From positions 1,272,502-1,336,501 of the forward strand of contig KV454013.1 in the NCBI GenBank assembly GCA_001661245.1: 64,000 nt of DNA, in the 5' to 3' direction. The translations under genes were made by a program, and so were the position numbers. The notes under the pieces are model-generated. The model was not told where the DNA came from. It made no database searches and was given only the letters and a program-made list of their open reading frames with translations. Position 1 is the first letter of the stretch. Each line of letters starts with the position of its first letter. Shown here in pieces: positions 22,990 to 35,462 of the stretch. This DNA is from Pachysolen tannophilus NRRL Y-2460 (taxonomy: Eukaryota).

Positions 22990-24807
22990 ATGAAAGAAAA
23001 TCATAGTAAATTCAATTCGATAATGCGTCGTCATCAATTGAGGTTAATTGTTGTATCGTTATTAATATTTTTAGGAATAATATTTCTTTTAAATCGTTCT
23101 TCTAATGATACAAAACCATCAAATTTAATGTTAAGTAAAAAAAAATCGTTATCATATGCTGAAGTACAAGCAAGATTACTGAAAGAAAGAGAATCAAAGA
23201 AAACAGATGATTCCAAAATAACTTCAACAATTTCAGAAGATCAAGAAAAAATTAAATTAATAAATCAAAATCCAGAAAATGATAAAACTGGTTCAAGAAT
23301 TAAAAAAGCTCAAGATTTTTATACATTGGTTTTTAACATTTTTGAAGAAGGTAAACCAAAAATTCCTGCATTGAATAGATATAAAGATGATCAAAGAATA
23401 TATCATGCTGGTTATGAAGGATTAGCAGAAGGACCTGTTTTCACAGAAGAATATTTGAAAAGTTTTTTACAGTTAACAGAAGAAGAAGTAGAATCTTTAA
23501 AACATTCTCATAAGGCTGTTGTAAATAAATTACCTGCAAATTGCCCCGAAGGTTTATATCAAGGTAATGGTATCGTATATGTTGGAGGTGGTAAATATAA
23601 TTGGTTGGCTTTATTATCAATTAAAACTTTGAGATCTGTTGGTTCTGAATTACCAGTGGAAGTATTAATTCCATCTATTGAAGAGTTTGAAGTTGATCTT
23701 TGTGGTAGAGTATTTCCTGCTTTAAATGCAAGATGTATCTTATTAGCTAAAGAATTAGGAAATAAAGTTGCTACTGATAATTCATTTTATGGTTATCAAT
23801 ATAAATCATTAGCAATTATAACATCTTCTTTTGAAAAAGTTTTACTTTTGGATTCGGATAATGTTCCAATTCATGCACCTGATTATTTATTTGATGTGGA
23901 ACCATTTGCTTCAAATGGATTAATTGTTTGGCCAGATTTTTGGAAAAGAGCTACATCTCCGTATTATTATCAAATTGCTGGTAGAGAACTTGGTTCTAGA
24001 GTAAGGTTTGGTCGTAATAATTATGGTACTAATGAACCAAATAATGTTAATGATATAGATTTTAGTGAAGATATTCCAGTGGAGAAAGTACCATTACATG
24101 ATAGAGAAGGAGCGATACCTGATCCAACTTCAGAATCTGGTCAATTGATGGTATCAAAGAAAACACATTCAAAAGCTCTTTTTTTGGCATTGTATTATAA
24201 TTTATTTGGTCCTGATTATTATTATCCATTATTTTCTCAAGGTTCAGATGGTGAAGGAGATAAAGAAACATTTTTAGCAGCATCAGTGATATTAAACAAA
24301 AAGTTTTATCAAGTGAATAAATTTTTAAATGCATTTGGACATTTTGATTCAGATGGGAATTTCATAGGTACAGGAATGGGACAATATGATCCTGTTGAAG
24401 ATTATAGAATACTACAAAGGAAATTGAAACTGAAAGACAATGAAGATTTATTAAAATTACAAGATTCTGGAGAAGGTTCTGATTTTGAAGTTAAAACTCA
24501 ACCAAAGATTCTCTTTGTTCATGCTAATTTTCCAAAATTAAACCCATGGGATTTAAAAACAACAAAAGAAATTTTTGATAAAGATGGAAGTAGGAAAAGA
24601 TTATATGGAACCGGAATGGCAAAAAGAATTGGATATGATTTTGAATTAGTTCAATGGCAAAATATGCATTTTTTAATTTGTGAATTAAAATTAAAACTTA
24701 ATACTTTTAAGGATATAGATCCAGAAGATTTATGCATAGAAATATCAGAGCAATTACAACATTTGGAAGATAGTATTGCAACCTTGGAAACAGACTTTAA
24801 CTTTTAA
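22990..24807 (+). CDS. MNN2: Golgi alpha-1,2-mannosyltransferase, Mnn2/Mnn5 (GT71) family
   Basis: Type II TM anchor, GIVYVGGG, LLLDSDN (DxD), WPDFW, ESGQ, GEGDKETF, FVHANFPK. Exact paralogue uncertain. Confidence 0.8.
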   Translation: MKENHSKFNSIMRRHQLRLIVVSLLIFLGIIFLLNRSSNDTKPSNLMLSKKKSLSYAEVQARLLKERESKKTDDSKITSTISEDQEKIKLINQNPENDKTGSRIKKAQDFYTLVFNIFEEGKPKIPALNRYKDDQRIYHAGYEGLAEGPVFTEEYLKSFLQLTEEEVESLKHSHKAVVNKLPANCPEGLYQGNGIVYVGGGKYNWLALLSIKTLRSVGSELPVEVLIPSIEEFEVDLCGRVFPALNARCILLAKELGNKVATDNSFYGYQYKSLAIITSSFEKVLLLDSDNVPIHAPDYLFDVEPFASNGLIVWPDFWKRATSPYYYQIAGRELGSRVRFGRNNYGTNEPNNVNDIDFSEDIPVEKVPLHDREGAIPDPTSESGQLMVSKKTHSKALFLALYYNLFGPDYYYPLFSQGSDGEGDKETFLAASVILNKKFYQVNKFLNAFGHFDSDGNFIGTGMGQYDPVEDYRILQRKLKLKDNEDLLKLQDSGEGSDFEVKTQPKILFVHANFPKLNPWDLKTTKEIFDKDGSRKRLYGTGMAKRIGYDFELVQWQNMHFLICELKLKLNTFKDIDPEDLCIEISEQLQHLEDSIATLETDFNF

Positions 24808-25381
24808 TTTAATTCTTTACTTTTTTTTTTTTTTTCTTCTTTTCTTCTTTTCTTCTTCTTATTTTTATTTTGGCTGCCATTTTTGAATGAAAAAGAAATA
24901 ATTTTTTATGTCATTGTTTGAAAAGTTTCACATTGTTTTGTTCATGTATTCTATATAATAAGTAAATATATATATATATATATGTTTTTTTTTTCAAGAT
25001 ATTTCTCTATATATTTTTTCCCACTAATTTAATGAGAACTTAGCTATTCGAATCAAATATTGACTCATTTTGTAAAAAATACACAAAGATAGATAAATAT
25101 ATATTAAAAAGAGTTGAAGTTAGTCAAATTATTAGTTATCGCTGAAATATCAAACGATGTCTTCAACTACATTTTTTGGTAGTGTTCGAAATATTCAAAT
25201 TTTTAGAAAGGTTCACTTACTGACCCATTTTTTTTTTTTTAGAAATTCTTTATACCAAGTTTTATTATTATATTTCATAAAGTGTTTTTTTTGAAATAGA
25301 ATTGATTGATTCAGTTTTTGTTATAATCTTTTTTGAAGGTTATCATCATTATTAATATTTTATTAGTATTGATCATTTAAT

Positions 25382-25843
25382 ATGGCAATTCGTTATATAA
25401 TTTTACTATCCAGACAGGGGAAAGTAAGACTTACAAAATGGTATACTGCTATACCTCAAAAGGACAGATTGAAGATAATTAGAGAATTAACTGCAATTGT
25501 TCTTTCACGTCGTGCTAAGATGTGTAATGTATTAGAATATAAAGATAGTAAATTGATTTATAGGCGGTATGCATCATTATTTTTTGTTGCAGGAATAGAT
25601 AATAATGATAATGAATTATTATCTTTAGAGATTATACATCGATATGTTGAACAGATGGATAAATCTTATGGAAATGTATGTGAATTAGATATTATATATG
25701 ATTTTGAAAGAGCATTAAGTATATTGGATCAATTGATTGTTAATGGTGAGATTATTGAGAGCTCTAAAACCAGTGTTTTGAAAACAATGGCACAACAACA
25801 ACAATTAGAAACCACAGATGAATTAGATGATTATTTTGCTTAA
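25382..25843 (+). CDS. APS1: AP-1 adaptor complex sigma subunit
   Basis: SRQGKVRLTKWY, YRRYASLFF, YGNVCELDII. Confidence 0.9.
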   Translation: MAIRYIILLSRQGKVRLTKWYTAIPQKDRLKIIRELTAIVLSRRAKMCNVLEYKDSKLIYRRYASLFFVAGIDNNDNELLSLEIIHRYVEQMDKSYGNVCELDIIYDFERALSILDQLIVNGEIIESSKTSVLKTMAQQQQLETTDELDDYFA

Positions 25844-25960
25844 ATTAATAATATAATTTTTTTTTATAATTTAAATAAAAACTACACTTCAATTAAAATA
25901 TGATAAGATATGATTTAGAAAGAAAAAAAAAAACAGAAAAAAAAAAAAAATCTATATAAA

Positions 25961-26731
25961 TTAATTTTTATTTTCAACAAAATCTTTTATATTTTTTTCA
26001 CCAGAAACAATTGCCTTAACACCATTTAAAATATCTTTAAAACTATCAAATTGGGTATATTTAATGTTTTCCCTTTCACAGAATTTAATTAAATCTTTAC
26101 CTCTTTTAGCAAATAATAAATCAGTTTCTCTAGCAGCAGATAAATCCGATACACCATCACCACAATAAAATAAAATTGGTCTTTCACCTTTTGGTAAAGA
26201 AGAATATGGTTTTAATGATCTTGATTTATCATGACCAAATCCCGAATCTTCATGTCTATAAACAATGTCCCACGTTCCGTCATCATTGATCTTAACATCA
26301 TTTGCAATAATTTCAATATTTTGACATTCTTTTTCACCAACCAATTTTTTTAACAAGGCCAAAATAATAGGTTTCATACCACTTGAAACAACAACAACAG
26401 GAATATTATTTTCAGTACACCATCTATGAGTTTCAATAAATCCTGAATCTAATTCAATAGTATCCAAAAGAAATTGAACACATTCATCAAAAGGAGCATG
26501 AATCGAATCCAACATTTCTCTAAAACCTTCTCTAAAATTAATATCCCCAGCTAATATCTTATTATTAACTTCCAATCTTTTAGCCTTACCAAACCCCAAT
26601 TCATGTGTCATATGATCATTCGAATCTTGTAAAGTAATTGTACCATCAAAATCACTAAACAAAATAGCCTTGGCTTTAACCTTCTCACTAAGAGTCATTG
26701 GTCTATCATAAATATCAATACCAGTAGTCAT
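25961..26731 (-). CDS. PYP1: HAD-family phosphatase (YNL010W/Pyp1 polyol phosphatase-like)
   Basis: FSDFDGTIT, VVSSGM, GHDKS, GDGVSDLSAA; lies with YNL011C and SPO1 orthologues. Confidence 0.82.
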   Translation of the reverse strand: MTTGIDIYDRPMTLSEKVKAKAILFSDFDGTITLQDSNDHMTHELGFGKAKRLEVNNKILAGDINFREGFREMLDSIHAPFDECVQFLLDTIELDSGFIETHRWCTENNIPVVVVSSGMKPIILALLKKLVGEKECQNIEIIANDVKINDDGTWDIVYRHEDSGFGHDKSRSLKPYSSLPKGERPILFYCGDGVSDLSAARETDLLFAKRGKDLIKFCERENIKYTQFDSFKDILNGVKAIVSGEKNIKDFVENKN

Positions 26732-27458
26732 TTTTTTTTTCCAATATTTTTTTGTTAATCAAATTTCTATATATCTAAACTAATTCTTTATTTCAAATAA
26801 CGAAATAATAAATAAATGAAATAATAAGAAAGTAAAAATAAAAAATAAAAAATAAAAATAAAAAATTAAAAAAAAAAACGGGATTCTTCACACTGAAATA
26901 CTCTTTTTCTTTTAACGTTACGTTTCGTTTTTCTTTTGTTTTTGTTTTGTTCTTTTAATTGAATTTAGGGAAAAACTACATCAATTTGCTTTTTTTTTGT
27001 TCTTCAATAGTATTAAAAGCTAATAATAATACGTTTACGTATTGTATTTCCCGATACCTGCCTGTCTGCCTGCAATTACGTCATAAAACTGTAAAAATAA
27101 AATAAAAAACCCAAAAATAAAAAAAAAATTTGGACAAATTTTTCCGATTTTGAAAAGAAAAAAAAGGGCAAAAAAAAAAAAAAATTTTTGAAAACAAAGG
27201 TAGTGTTCAATGAGAGAATGAAACAAAACAAAAAAAAATTGTAAATTTTTGGGTCGTGTGAAGTTTTTGCAATTTGGCCTGATTGGGAATTAGAAGATTT
27301 AGGTTTCAAGAGCTAAGAAGCACAAATAGTAATAGTATGAGATAGAAGTTATATTTTGTATGTATATGTATTATATTCATTCTTTTTATTTGTACTAAAT
27401 TTATAGCTTTTTCTTTTTTTTTTTTTGTTGCTATTGTGGTTAATCTTGAGGTTAGTAA

Positions 27459-28172
27459 ATGAAGTCACAATTATTTGGAATTTCAGTTTTTTGCTTGGTT
27501 GGGGTTTTCCCGTTTTTGGGGTTAGCTCATGAAGATGTTGATGCTAAGAAAATTGCAACAAATTTAGCTGAAAAACCACCAAATGGGTTAACATGGCAAC
27601 AATGGCATATGCAATCAGAACATGGTTTAGATGAATATGATTCAAATTCGGTTTTCAAATTACACGATTTGAGAAATAAAAATTCTTTGAATTCAGATGA
27701 TATATTGAAATTATATGGCCTATATAGGGATGAAGTAGTTGGAAGTGGTAATGGAATGGGTAGTCATGATAATAGTGAAGGAATTTCTGAAAATTTGAAA
27801 AAAGATGTTATTTCTAAAATTTTATATTTAATGGATACAAATAATGATGGTGAAGTATCATTGGAAGAATGGCAACAATATTCAAAGGATGGTAAAGAAT
27901 TCCCAGATATGAATGTAGGTGTTGGTCATCATTTAAGTTTTGAAGAAGAATATGAACAACATCATTGGAATAAATATCATGCTAAAGATGATCCAGACGT
28001 AAATACTGTTCACCGCGAAGATATAGAACATGAATTACTACACCATGAACATGAACTTGAACATGGACATAATGAAGATGGTGAAACTGGAAAAATTCAA
28101 ATTCCAAATAACGACAAAACTTATAATCAAATCCATTTGGAAAATATCCCATTCAAATTTAAAGCAAATTAA
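27459..28172 (+). CDS. SSP120: Secretory EF-hand, His-rich protein
   Basis: Signal peptide, WQQWHMQSEH, EF hand DTNNDGEVSLEE, EEEYEQHHW, EDIEHELLHHEHE. Confidence 0.88.
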   Translation: MKSQLFGISVFCLVGVFPFLGLAHEDVDAKKIATNLAEKPPNGLTWQQWHMQSEHGLDEYDSNSVFKLHDLRNKNSLNSDDILKLYGLYRDEVVGSGNGMGSHDNSEGISENLKKDVISKILYLMDTNNDGEVSLEEWQQYSKDGKEFPDMNVGVGHHLSFEEEYEQHHWNKYHAKDDPDVNTVHREDIEHELLHHEHELEHGHNEDGETGKIQIPNNDKTYNQIHLENIPFKFKAN

Positions 28173-28251
28173 AAATTATCATAAAATTATTTTATAAAAT
28201 TAAAACAACAACAAATAAGAAAAAATCAAATTTGAAATATACACAATAAAC

Positions 28252-29817
28252 TTAATCTATTATTTCCTTTAATTTTATTTCTAAATCATCCAAGTCATAT
28301 TTATTTTTTTCAAAATTTTTAACAGCAACACATTTAATACCGTGTGATTCTATTTCACTAACATCAACTTTTATATCTCCTGTCTCATCTAAATAAATTA
28401 AATGTGTAATATATTTCGACCAAATTTTTTCTTCAAATGTAGAGTTATTTTGTGTCTTGTTTCTTTCTAATTTCATACTATATTCTATCGAAGAAATTAT
28501 TGTCTTGATAAAACCAGTAGCATTTAAACCATAAGTTTCTCTATCATGAGAACCATTCAATAATAAAATTTTTTTCTTATGCTTCCCATCTTTGGCTAAA
28601 TCTTTTAAAATTGCTTGACCAACACCTTGTAAAATTAATACCGGAACCGTACTAGTCATTAAAGACCCTATAGAATAAATAATGATATCTGATTCTATCA
28701 AAGATTTTAAAACTCTGTTTTGTGCAATTGGGAAAATTTCTTCTCCATAAGGTGATATGTAAAAAATTCGTTCTATTGGAGATGGCAACGGAATATTAAC
28801 ATCTTTACTAAAATGTAAATTTGAATGTTTCAAATCTGGGTGTATGTATAAAGGTGTCGCGTATTCATGTTCATCAATAACAGCATCGTCATCATCATCA
28901 TCATCATCGTTATTATTATTATTATTGCCATTACCACTATAATTGTTATTCTTAGCTGAATACAAATCTGCTGAACTAAAGTAACTTCCACCTTCTTCTT
29001 CTGCAATTTTATTATCTTTTGTAACTTCCAGAGAATTTAAATGGGTAGTCATCAATGCATTTTTAACATTTGGAAAATGAGATTCACCTCCTAATGCCAC
29101 GCTAAAAGCTTCATTATCAGATTGACAAGCTGAAACCAAATTTTGACGATCAAATGGTAAATTTTCTCCTTCTTTCAGAGGAGTATGATTTAAACTTGGG
29201 TGTGAAATTTGTGATTGACCTGTAACGATACTACCATCTGCTAATATCGCGCTAATATGGTATGTAAAATTTGTATTTAAACATGGTAAAACTTTATTTT
29301 CTTTTGGAATTCTAGTTATTCTTGAAAATAATTCAATTGCACTATCTAATGAACCACAAAACAATCTCGCTCCAGTTAAAAACATATTTCCAATACTAGC
29401 TAATTCATATTTAAAATTTTTCGAACTTTGCCTTGACCTTTTCAACAATTCCATATGAACATGGATTAAAAAACTTCTAATAATCTCTTTACATGAAGGT
29501 TCAATAGAATGCCATAATAAACTTGTACCTTCAACAATTTCTAACCATTCTCTTTTTGCCTCAACTGGATCATTTGACAATCTGTGCAACATTAAATTTT
29601 TCAAACTCAACGATTCTTTATCATCCGTAGGTATTAACCTGGTCAATCGTGATCTTATATCTCCCACAGCTGGACCCGATAAAATTCTTATCAATTCAGC
29701 GGTAGATCCACCATTGTCTGAAATAGGAATTATATACGCTAAATTTGGAGTAATTCTATTAAACACAGGTACAAGCTCATTAGAAGCTGTTCCACCACTA
29801 ATAATTGATAACTTCAT
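28252..29817 (-). CDS. CofD/UPF0052-family protein (YNL011C-like)
   Basis: SGGTA, PISDNGGST, GDIRSRL, SIGNMFLTGARLF, GQSQISHP, YSIGSLMTS, LNGSHDRET; Asn/Asp-run insert. Confidence 0.85.
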   Translation of the reverse strand: MKLSIISGGTASNELVPVFNRITPNLAYIIPISDNGGSTAELIRILSGPAVGDIRSRLTRLIPTDDKESLSLKNLMLHRLSNDPVEAKREWLEIVEGTSLLWHSIEPSCKEIIRSFLIHVHMELLKRSRQSSKNFKYELASIGNMFLTGARLFCGSLDSAIELFSRITRIPKENKVLPCLNTNFTYHISAILADGSIVTGQSQISHPSLNHTPLKEGENLPFDRQNLVSACQSDNEAFSVALGGESHFPNVKNALMTTHLNSLEVTKDNKIAEEEGGSYFSSADLYSAKNNNYSGNGNNNNNNDDDDDDDDAVIDEHEYATPLYIHPDLKHSNLHFSKDVNIPLPSPIERIFYISPYGEEIFPIAQNRVLKSLIESDIIIYSIGSLMTSTVPVLILQGVGQAILKDLAKDGKHKKKILLLNGSHDRETYGLNATGFIKTIISSIEYSMKLERNKTQNNSTFEEKIWSKYITHLIYLDETGDIKVDVSEIESHGIKCVAVKNFEKNKYDLDDLEIKLKEIID

Positions 29818-30075
29818 TTTCCAAAACTTCTCTTTTCACCAAATCCGTTTTTTTCCAAATTTTATTCTTCAATATAAGAGCAAAAACTCTTTTAATAAGA
29901 TAATAAATAAATGTTCCCAAGTCTACTAAGATAAGGTAATCTAAACTAATACTAGGAATCTCATCTACATTTCACACTACAAAATGGAAAACATTAATAA
30001 TGAAAACAATTTGTATTTTGATACACTAAGCAAAAAGACAGTAAACAGAAATTACCCCCAAATTTCGTTAAGCTT

Positions 30076-32583
30076 TTAAGTGTTGGTTTTATTGCTCCAA
30101 CAATATTTCTTGTAACAATTTTGACAAAATTGAGGTATTTCAAAATTTTTTTCCTCATAGACTCTTAGTCTTCTATCAAACTCTCTTTTCAAGATTGCAC
30201 AACTAACACATTGAGCAAAGCTTGTGTCTAAAGTTGAATTTTTAAAAGTTGCAATGTTATAACCATTTTCAATCATTTTAAATACTTCATTATCATTGTA
30301 AGTTAATTTAAAAGTTGAAGTATTTGATTTATAAGACTGTTCTGAGTTGGAATAGTAAATGATAAGTGGTGGAAGCCACAAATCTTTTTCTTCTTTTCTA
30401 GAAAGAGAAGTTTCTTCAACTTCTTCAATAGATGTATAGTCTTTATCTAAATCACATCCAAAAAATATTGGTCTTCTATTATAATTTTTTTCAACAATAT
30501 CTTTTGTAAAAGGAACAGATGGAAAGACCGTTTTATGGAAACTTTTCTTGTTATTTGAAGTTTTCAATGGTGGGATTATAGTTTTATAAGAATAAGGAGA
30601 ATATTGTGACCAATATCTTTGAAAAGAAAAATTGATTGAGGTTCCATTGGGCCAATTATCATAATCACTAGTTGAATCAATGGCAAATATAATGTCTAAT
30701 TTTCTCTTATTTTGTAATAATGGTTGAAAAGGTATATTTTGACCATCTTCCCCACCATCAGCTAGAAATAAATTTGTAGAATTATAAATATCTTCTTTAG
30801 GATTTTCAGAACGTTTAAATCCATAAAAAGGATTTGGTGAAAATAATGCATAGTCTGAGTGTACAACTTTTTGAGTATCATCAATTTTATCAATATTTAA
30901 ACCAAAATTAGTTAATATTTTTTTAATTGCATTATAAGTTTCCTTTTTAGTTGAAGCAGCAACTTGCCATATATAAATCAATACATTGTTAAATAATGAA
31001 GATGAAGTTCCGGTTATAAATCCTGCATTATCAAATCCTTCAACGCAAATATAATCTTTCCCATTTTGTGCTTTATTAATTGGATCACCATTAAAGAAAT
31101 TAGAACCCAAATATTTAATATCAACAAAAGCTTTTAAGAAAGAATCCCAAGATCCAAATTCAAATGGACTAAATTCAAATATTTGAGAATTTAAACTTGT
31201 AAATTCTGTATTTGGACTTTGAGAATTAGCTACCAACAATGGGAAAGGTTGATCAAAAGATTTAAAACTTTTAATTCTTCTAATATCTGAAATTGTGATA
31301 CCTTTTTCTTTATTAAATAAAGGAAATATTCTTTTAGAAATTGCTCTTCCCCAATAATCAGTGAATGAAATTTGAAATCCTTCAGTTCTTTTGGGTCTTA
31401 CATCCAAATGAATATCAGAATAATATTTTAAAATATCTTTCATTCCTCCTTTATTTTTATTTGGAGTAACCAATGTGGATGTTTCATTAATATTTTTATT
31501 ATTTTCTTTTACATTTCCAAGAGAAATTTTAATTAAATCTATTATAGATAATTGAGTTTCACCAATATCTTCCAGTTTTCCATTATTAATTTTTTTAAAA
31601 TTTTCAGAATCAGAATTTAATTCGTTTTGTTCATTTTCAATTTCAAATTCGTCAGTTTTTTTAATTTCATACCAACTTTTCAATTGTGATATTCCTCTTT
31701 TAGCTAGTTCTTTAATTTCTTTATCATGATTTAATTGTTGAAGATTTTTTTTCTTTTTATCATCTTCTGAAATTGGAACAGCTGTTCTTGAAACATCAAA
31801 GTTTGGTATTCCTTCTAATAAAGGTTCATTAGTTTTCCATAATGATTTATCTCTTATTTTAGTAACAGGTAAATAATCATATAACGCCAATGAAGTTACA
31901 AGCCAACTTCCTCCAGAGACTCCAGCAATATATGAAGAAGATTGAAGTAATCCACCTAAATGGCCACTTTCAGTTGAATTTATAGTTCTATCATCCAAAG
32001 CTGATATAAACCCTCCAGAAGTTAACATTGATCTATAACCTCCGCCAGAAATTGCTAATCCTATTATAACTGGTTTTATTGATTTTTGTAAAAAATCAGT
32101 TGAATTTAAACCTGGTATTTCAAATCTTTTCAAATAATTTTCAAAAGAAGATTGTGTCTTTTCAGTTCTCTTTTTGATATAATTTGATTCCCCATCACAA
32201 AGATCCTAAATATTTTAAAAAAAAAAAAAAAAAAATAATAATAAATCAGTCTTGTTAGAAATATTCAAGAAATTGAAAATAACCGCCAGTACCAATACCA
32301 ATGACAATAATATTGGTATTAATCATAACCATCCACTTACAGTTGCTTCTCTAACAAATTTTTTTTCTCTTGGACATTTAACAAGAAACGGAGCATAAGA
32401 CTCATCCCTCACAACTTCTTGTCCTTTTAACGGTAAAGCCTTTTGTGATTTTTGATCATTGAAGTTACCGCCCAGTTTACCAATTACTGGCCGTATTAAA
32501 TTCCCCCATCCAGCTAAAGAAACGAAAACAAAACACGTTAAAAGTAACAAGATTAATCTAGTTAAATTTCTACTTGGACTCAT
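30076..32583 (-). CDS. SPO1: Meiotic phospholipase B-like protein; exons 32583-32341 and 32205-30076
   Basis: Signal peptide, YAPFLVKCP; GTAAGT..TTCTAAC..TAG intron in phase 0; SGGGYRSML, GVSGGSW, DGGEDGQNIP; next to YNL011C as for YNL012W. Confidence 0.87.
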
Positions 32584-33648
32584 AGATCAATTAAAAGAAA
32601 GAAAGAAAAAAAGATCCTCCAGAAACAGAAATACTCAATGGAAATATACTAGTCTTGAAACTTAATTAAAATTCAACTAATTAAACAAAAGTATAAAAAC
32701 TTCAACTTGTATTCTTCTTCTTCAACAGCGGTTAAATCTTATCGAAGAAATTACTCTTTTCGGAAACAGACCCCAAAATCCCAAAATCCCAAAATCCGCT
32801 AGCAAAAAAAAAAAAAGAAAGAAAAAAGAAGAAAAGGATGATTATGGTAGTGTGCATATTTACAGTGTTTTTACAAAAAGGGTAATAACAGAGCCTGGGC
32901 GTGGGCTTCTTTAATTTTCTCTCTACTTTTGATTTACTTCGATGATATTTAAAAAGTAAAGTAAAGTAAAGTAAGAATTTGCTCGATTTATTTGTATACT
33001 TTTATTAACACTTTACTATAAAATCATTAATCATTTTGCTCTTTTTTTGACAAAAACAAAATTTTTATCAAAAAAAAAAAAAAAAAAAAAACTTATTGAT
33101 ATATCATATCTAATCATATCAGATATATATACAGATTTATTCTTTAGATTCATCATTAAAGTTTTTTTGAAAAAGAAAGCGAAATTTTTTTTTTTTTAAT
33201 TTTTTAATTTTAATTTTGCTTTTTTTTTTTTTTTTGCTCTACGGTTTTGCATACCGCTGTTAATATTTAAAACTTTTTGCTAAATTTCGTTAGTTTAATA
33301 TTATTATTATTTAGCAATAATAATTTAGGATCCCCGTTAATATATTCTAAATCTTTAATATAAATATAAATATATATATATATATTCATATATATATATA
33401 TATTCATATATATATATATTATATTATATTATATATTACATTTTTAAGATAAATTTGACTAGTATTCGGATTTAACTGATTTCTTTTATTTTTTGGATGA
33501 AAAAAAAAATTAAAAAAATAGAGTGAATTATTGCTTTCAAGAGATAAAAATAGGATATATAAAAGTGATAATTCTAGTTTGAAAAATAAGATAGATACCA
33601 CCAAAATTTTTTTAAAAAAAAAAACTTTTTTCATTATAAAATAAAACT

Positions 33649-35462
33649 ATGTTTGAAGTAAGTATATATTATAGACTCATTTATCATGTTTTGAAGACTT
33701 ATTAGTGACTAACAAAAAAAACTATATTTAGAATTTAAAAAATTTCATTAGACATGGCAAACAGGCGCATGACACTCAGGTGAGAAATGTTGAAAACTTT
33801 GATTTATTTGCTAGTTCATCAACGTTGAACACACCTGCTGGTGAACCAGATATGGAAATCAAAAATTTGATAAACTCGGATAACAATAATGTTAAAGAAT
33901 CTAAATATTCGAAATGTGTTGCTGATATCGTTAAACAAGAAAATGAAGAACGTAAAAAATTGCCGAGTTATCCATATTTAACAGATTATGCTTTATTAGG
34001 CAAAATGGGAGAAGGTGCCTTCTCTATAGTTTATAAGGCAAAAGATTTAAAAACTGGAGACTTGGTTGCAGTGAAAATAATAAGAAAGTATCAAATGGAT
34101 CAAAAACAACAGGCATTAGTGTTGAAAGAAGTCACTATAATGAGACAGTTAAATCATCCAAATATTGTGAAATTCATTAATTTTCATGAATGTGAAGAAT
34201 ATTATTATATTGTTCAAGAATTGGTGAGCGGAGGTGAAATATTTACAGAAATTGTTAAATATACTTATTTTAGTGAAGATTTAGCAAGACATGTTGTATT
34301 ACAATTAGCAAATGCTATAAAATACTTACACGAAGAAGTTGGAGTTGTTCATAGAGATATTAAACCAGAAAATTTATTATTTGAACCAATTGATTTTATT
34401 CCATCAAAAGAAGTAAAATATAGAAAAAGTGATGACATTAGTACTAAAAAAGATGAAGGTGAATTTATCTACAATGTTGGTGGTGGTGGTATTGGGATTG
34501 TAAAGTTGGCAGATTTTGGTTTATCGAAGCAAATCTGGGAACATAATACAAAGACACCTGTTGGGACAATAGGTTATACAGCACCAGAAATTGTAAGGGA
34601 TGAAAGATATTCGAAACAAGTCGATATGTGGGGGATTGGTTGCATATTATATACGCTATTATGTGGATTCCCACCATTTTATGATGAAAAAATAGAAGCT
34701 TTAACTGAAAAAGTTGCTAGTGGTCAATTTACATTTTTGAAACCATGGTGGGATGAAATATCATATGGTGCTAAAAACTGCGTTTCCTGTTTATTAACTG
34801 TGGATCCAAATAAGCGTTATACCATTGTTGATTTTTTCAATGATCCATGGATTTTGAACTATATTCATAAATGTAAGAAGTACGAGTTGAAGAAGAATTC
34901 AGAAATAGTTGATTCTTCTAGCAACACCTCAGCAAGCAGTTTAACAATGGCCCCACCTCAAATACCTCAAAATCTCAAAGGTTTGTCAAGCTCAAGTGCT
35001 ACTTATACATTCAGTCCTACTACTAGAACTAAATCTAATCATCCAATTCAATCAATCGAAACATATCAACCAATTCAGCAGAAAAAGAAATCGCATTTCA
35101 AGAATTCTGTTGATACAAAAGCTATGTATTCACCAGCTGCTGTTGCATTAAGAGACGCTTTTGATATTTCTAATGCTGTTCACAGAAAACAAGCTGAACA
35201 AGAGTTATTAAAAAAATTTAATTCGAGTTTCAATGATTCGAAAATGGTAATCGATGAAAATGAAGAAGAAAATGAAGATAGTATAGGCGAAAATCAAAGA
35301 ACTTATGGTTACAGCACAGATCCTAAAGCTAAAGCTAAAGCTTCCAATAAACATGGAAAGGATCTTTTTGAATTAAATCTTACTAGCTCTGCCATACTAG
35401 AAAGAAGAAAGAAAAATCAAAATAAAAGTAATAGGCAAATTCCACTTGTTATAAAGGAATAA
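33649..35462 (+). CDS. RCK2: CaMK-like MAPK-activated kinase; exons 33649-33657 and 33732-35462
   Basis: ATGTTTGAA|GTAAGT..GACTAAC..TAG gives MFENLKNFIRHGKQA; GEGAFS, HRDIKPEN, Rck-specific DEGEF..GGGGIG insert, DFGLSK. Confidence 0.92.

Noticed and set aside
32771..32797. (CCCAAAAT)x3 as an interstitial telomeric repeat
   Set aside because: Only three units, and the species' telomere repeat is unknown; likely simple slippage.
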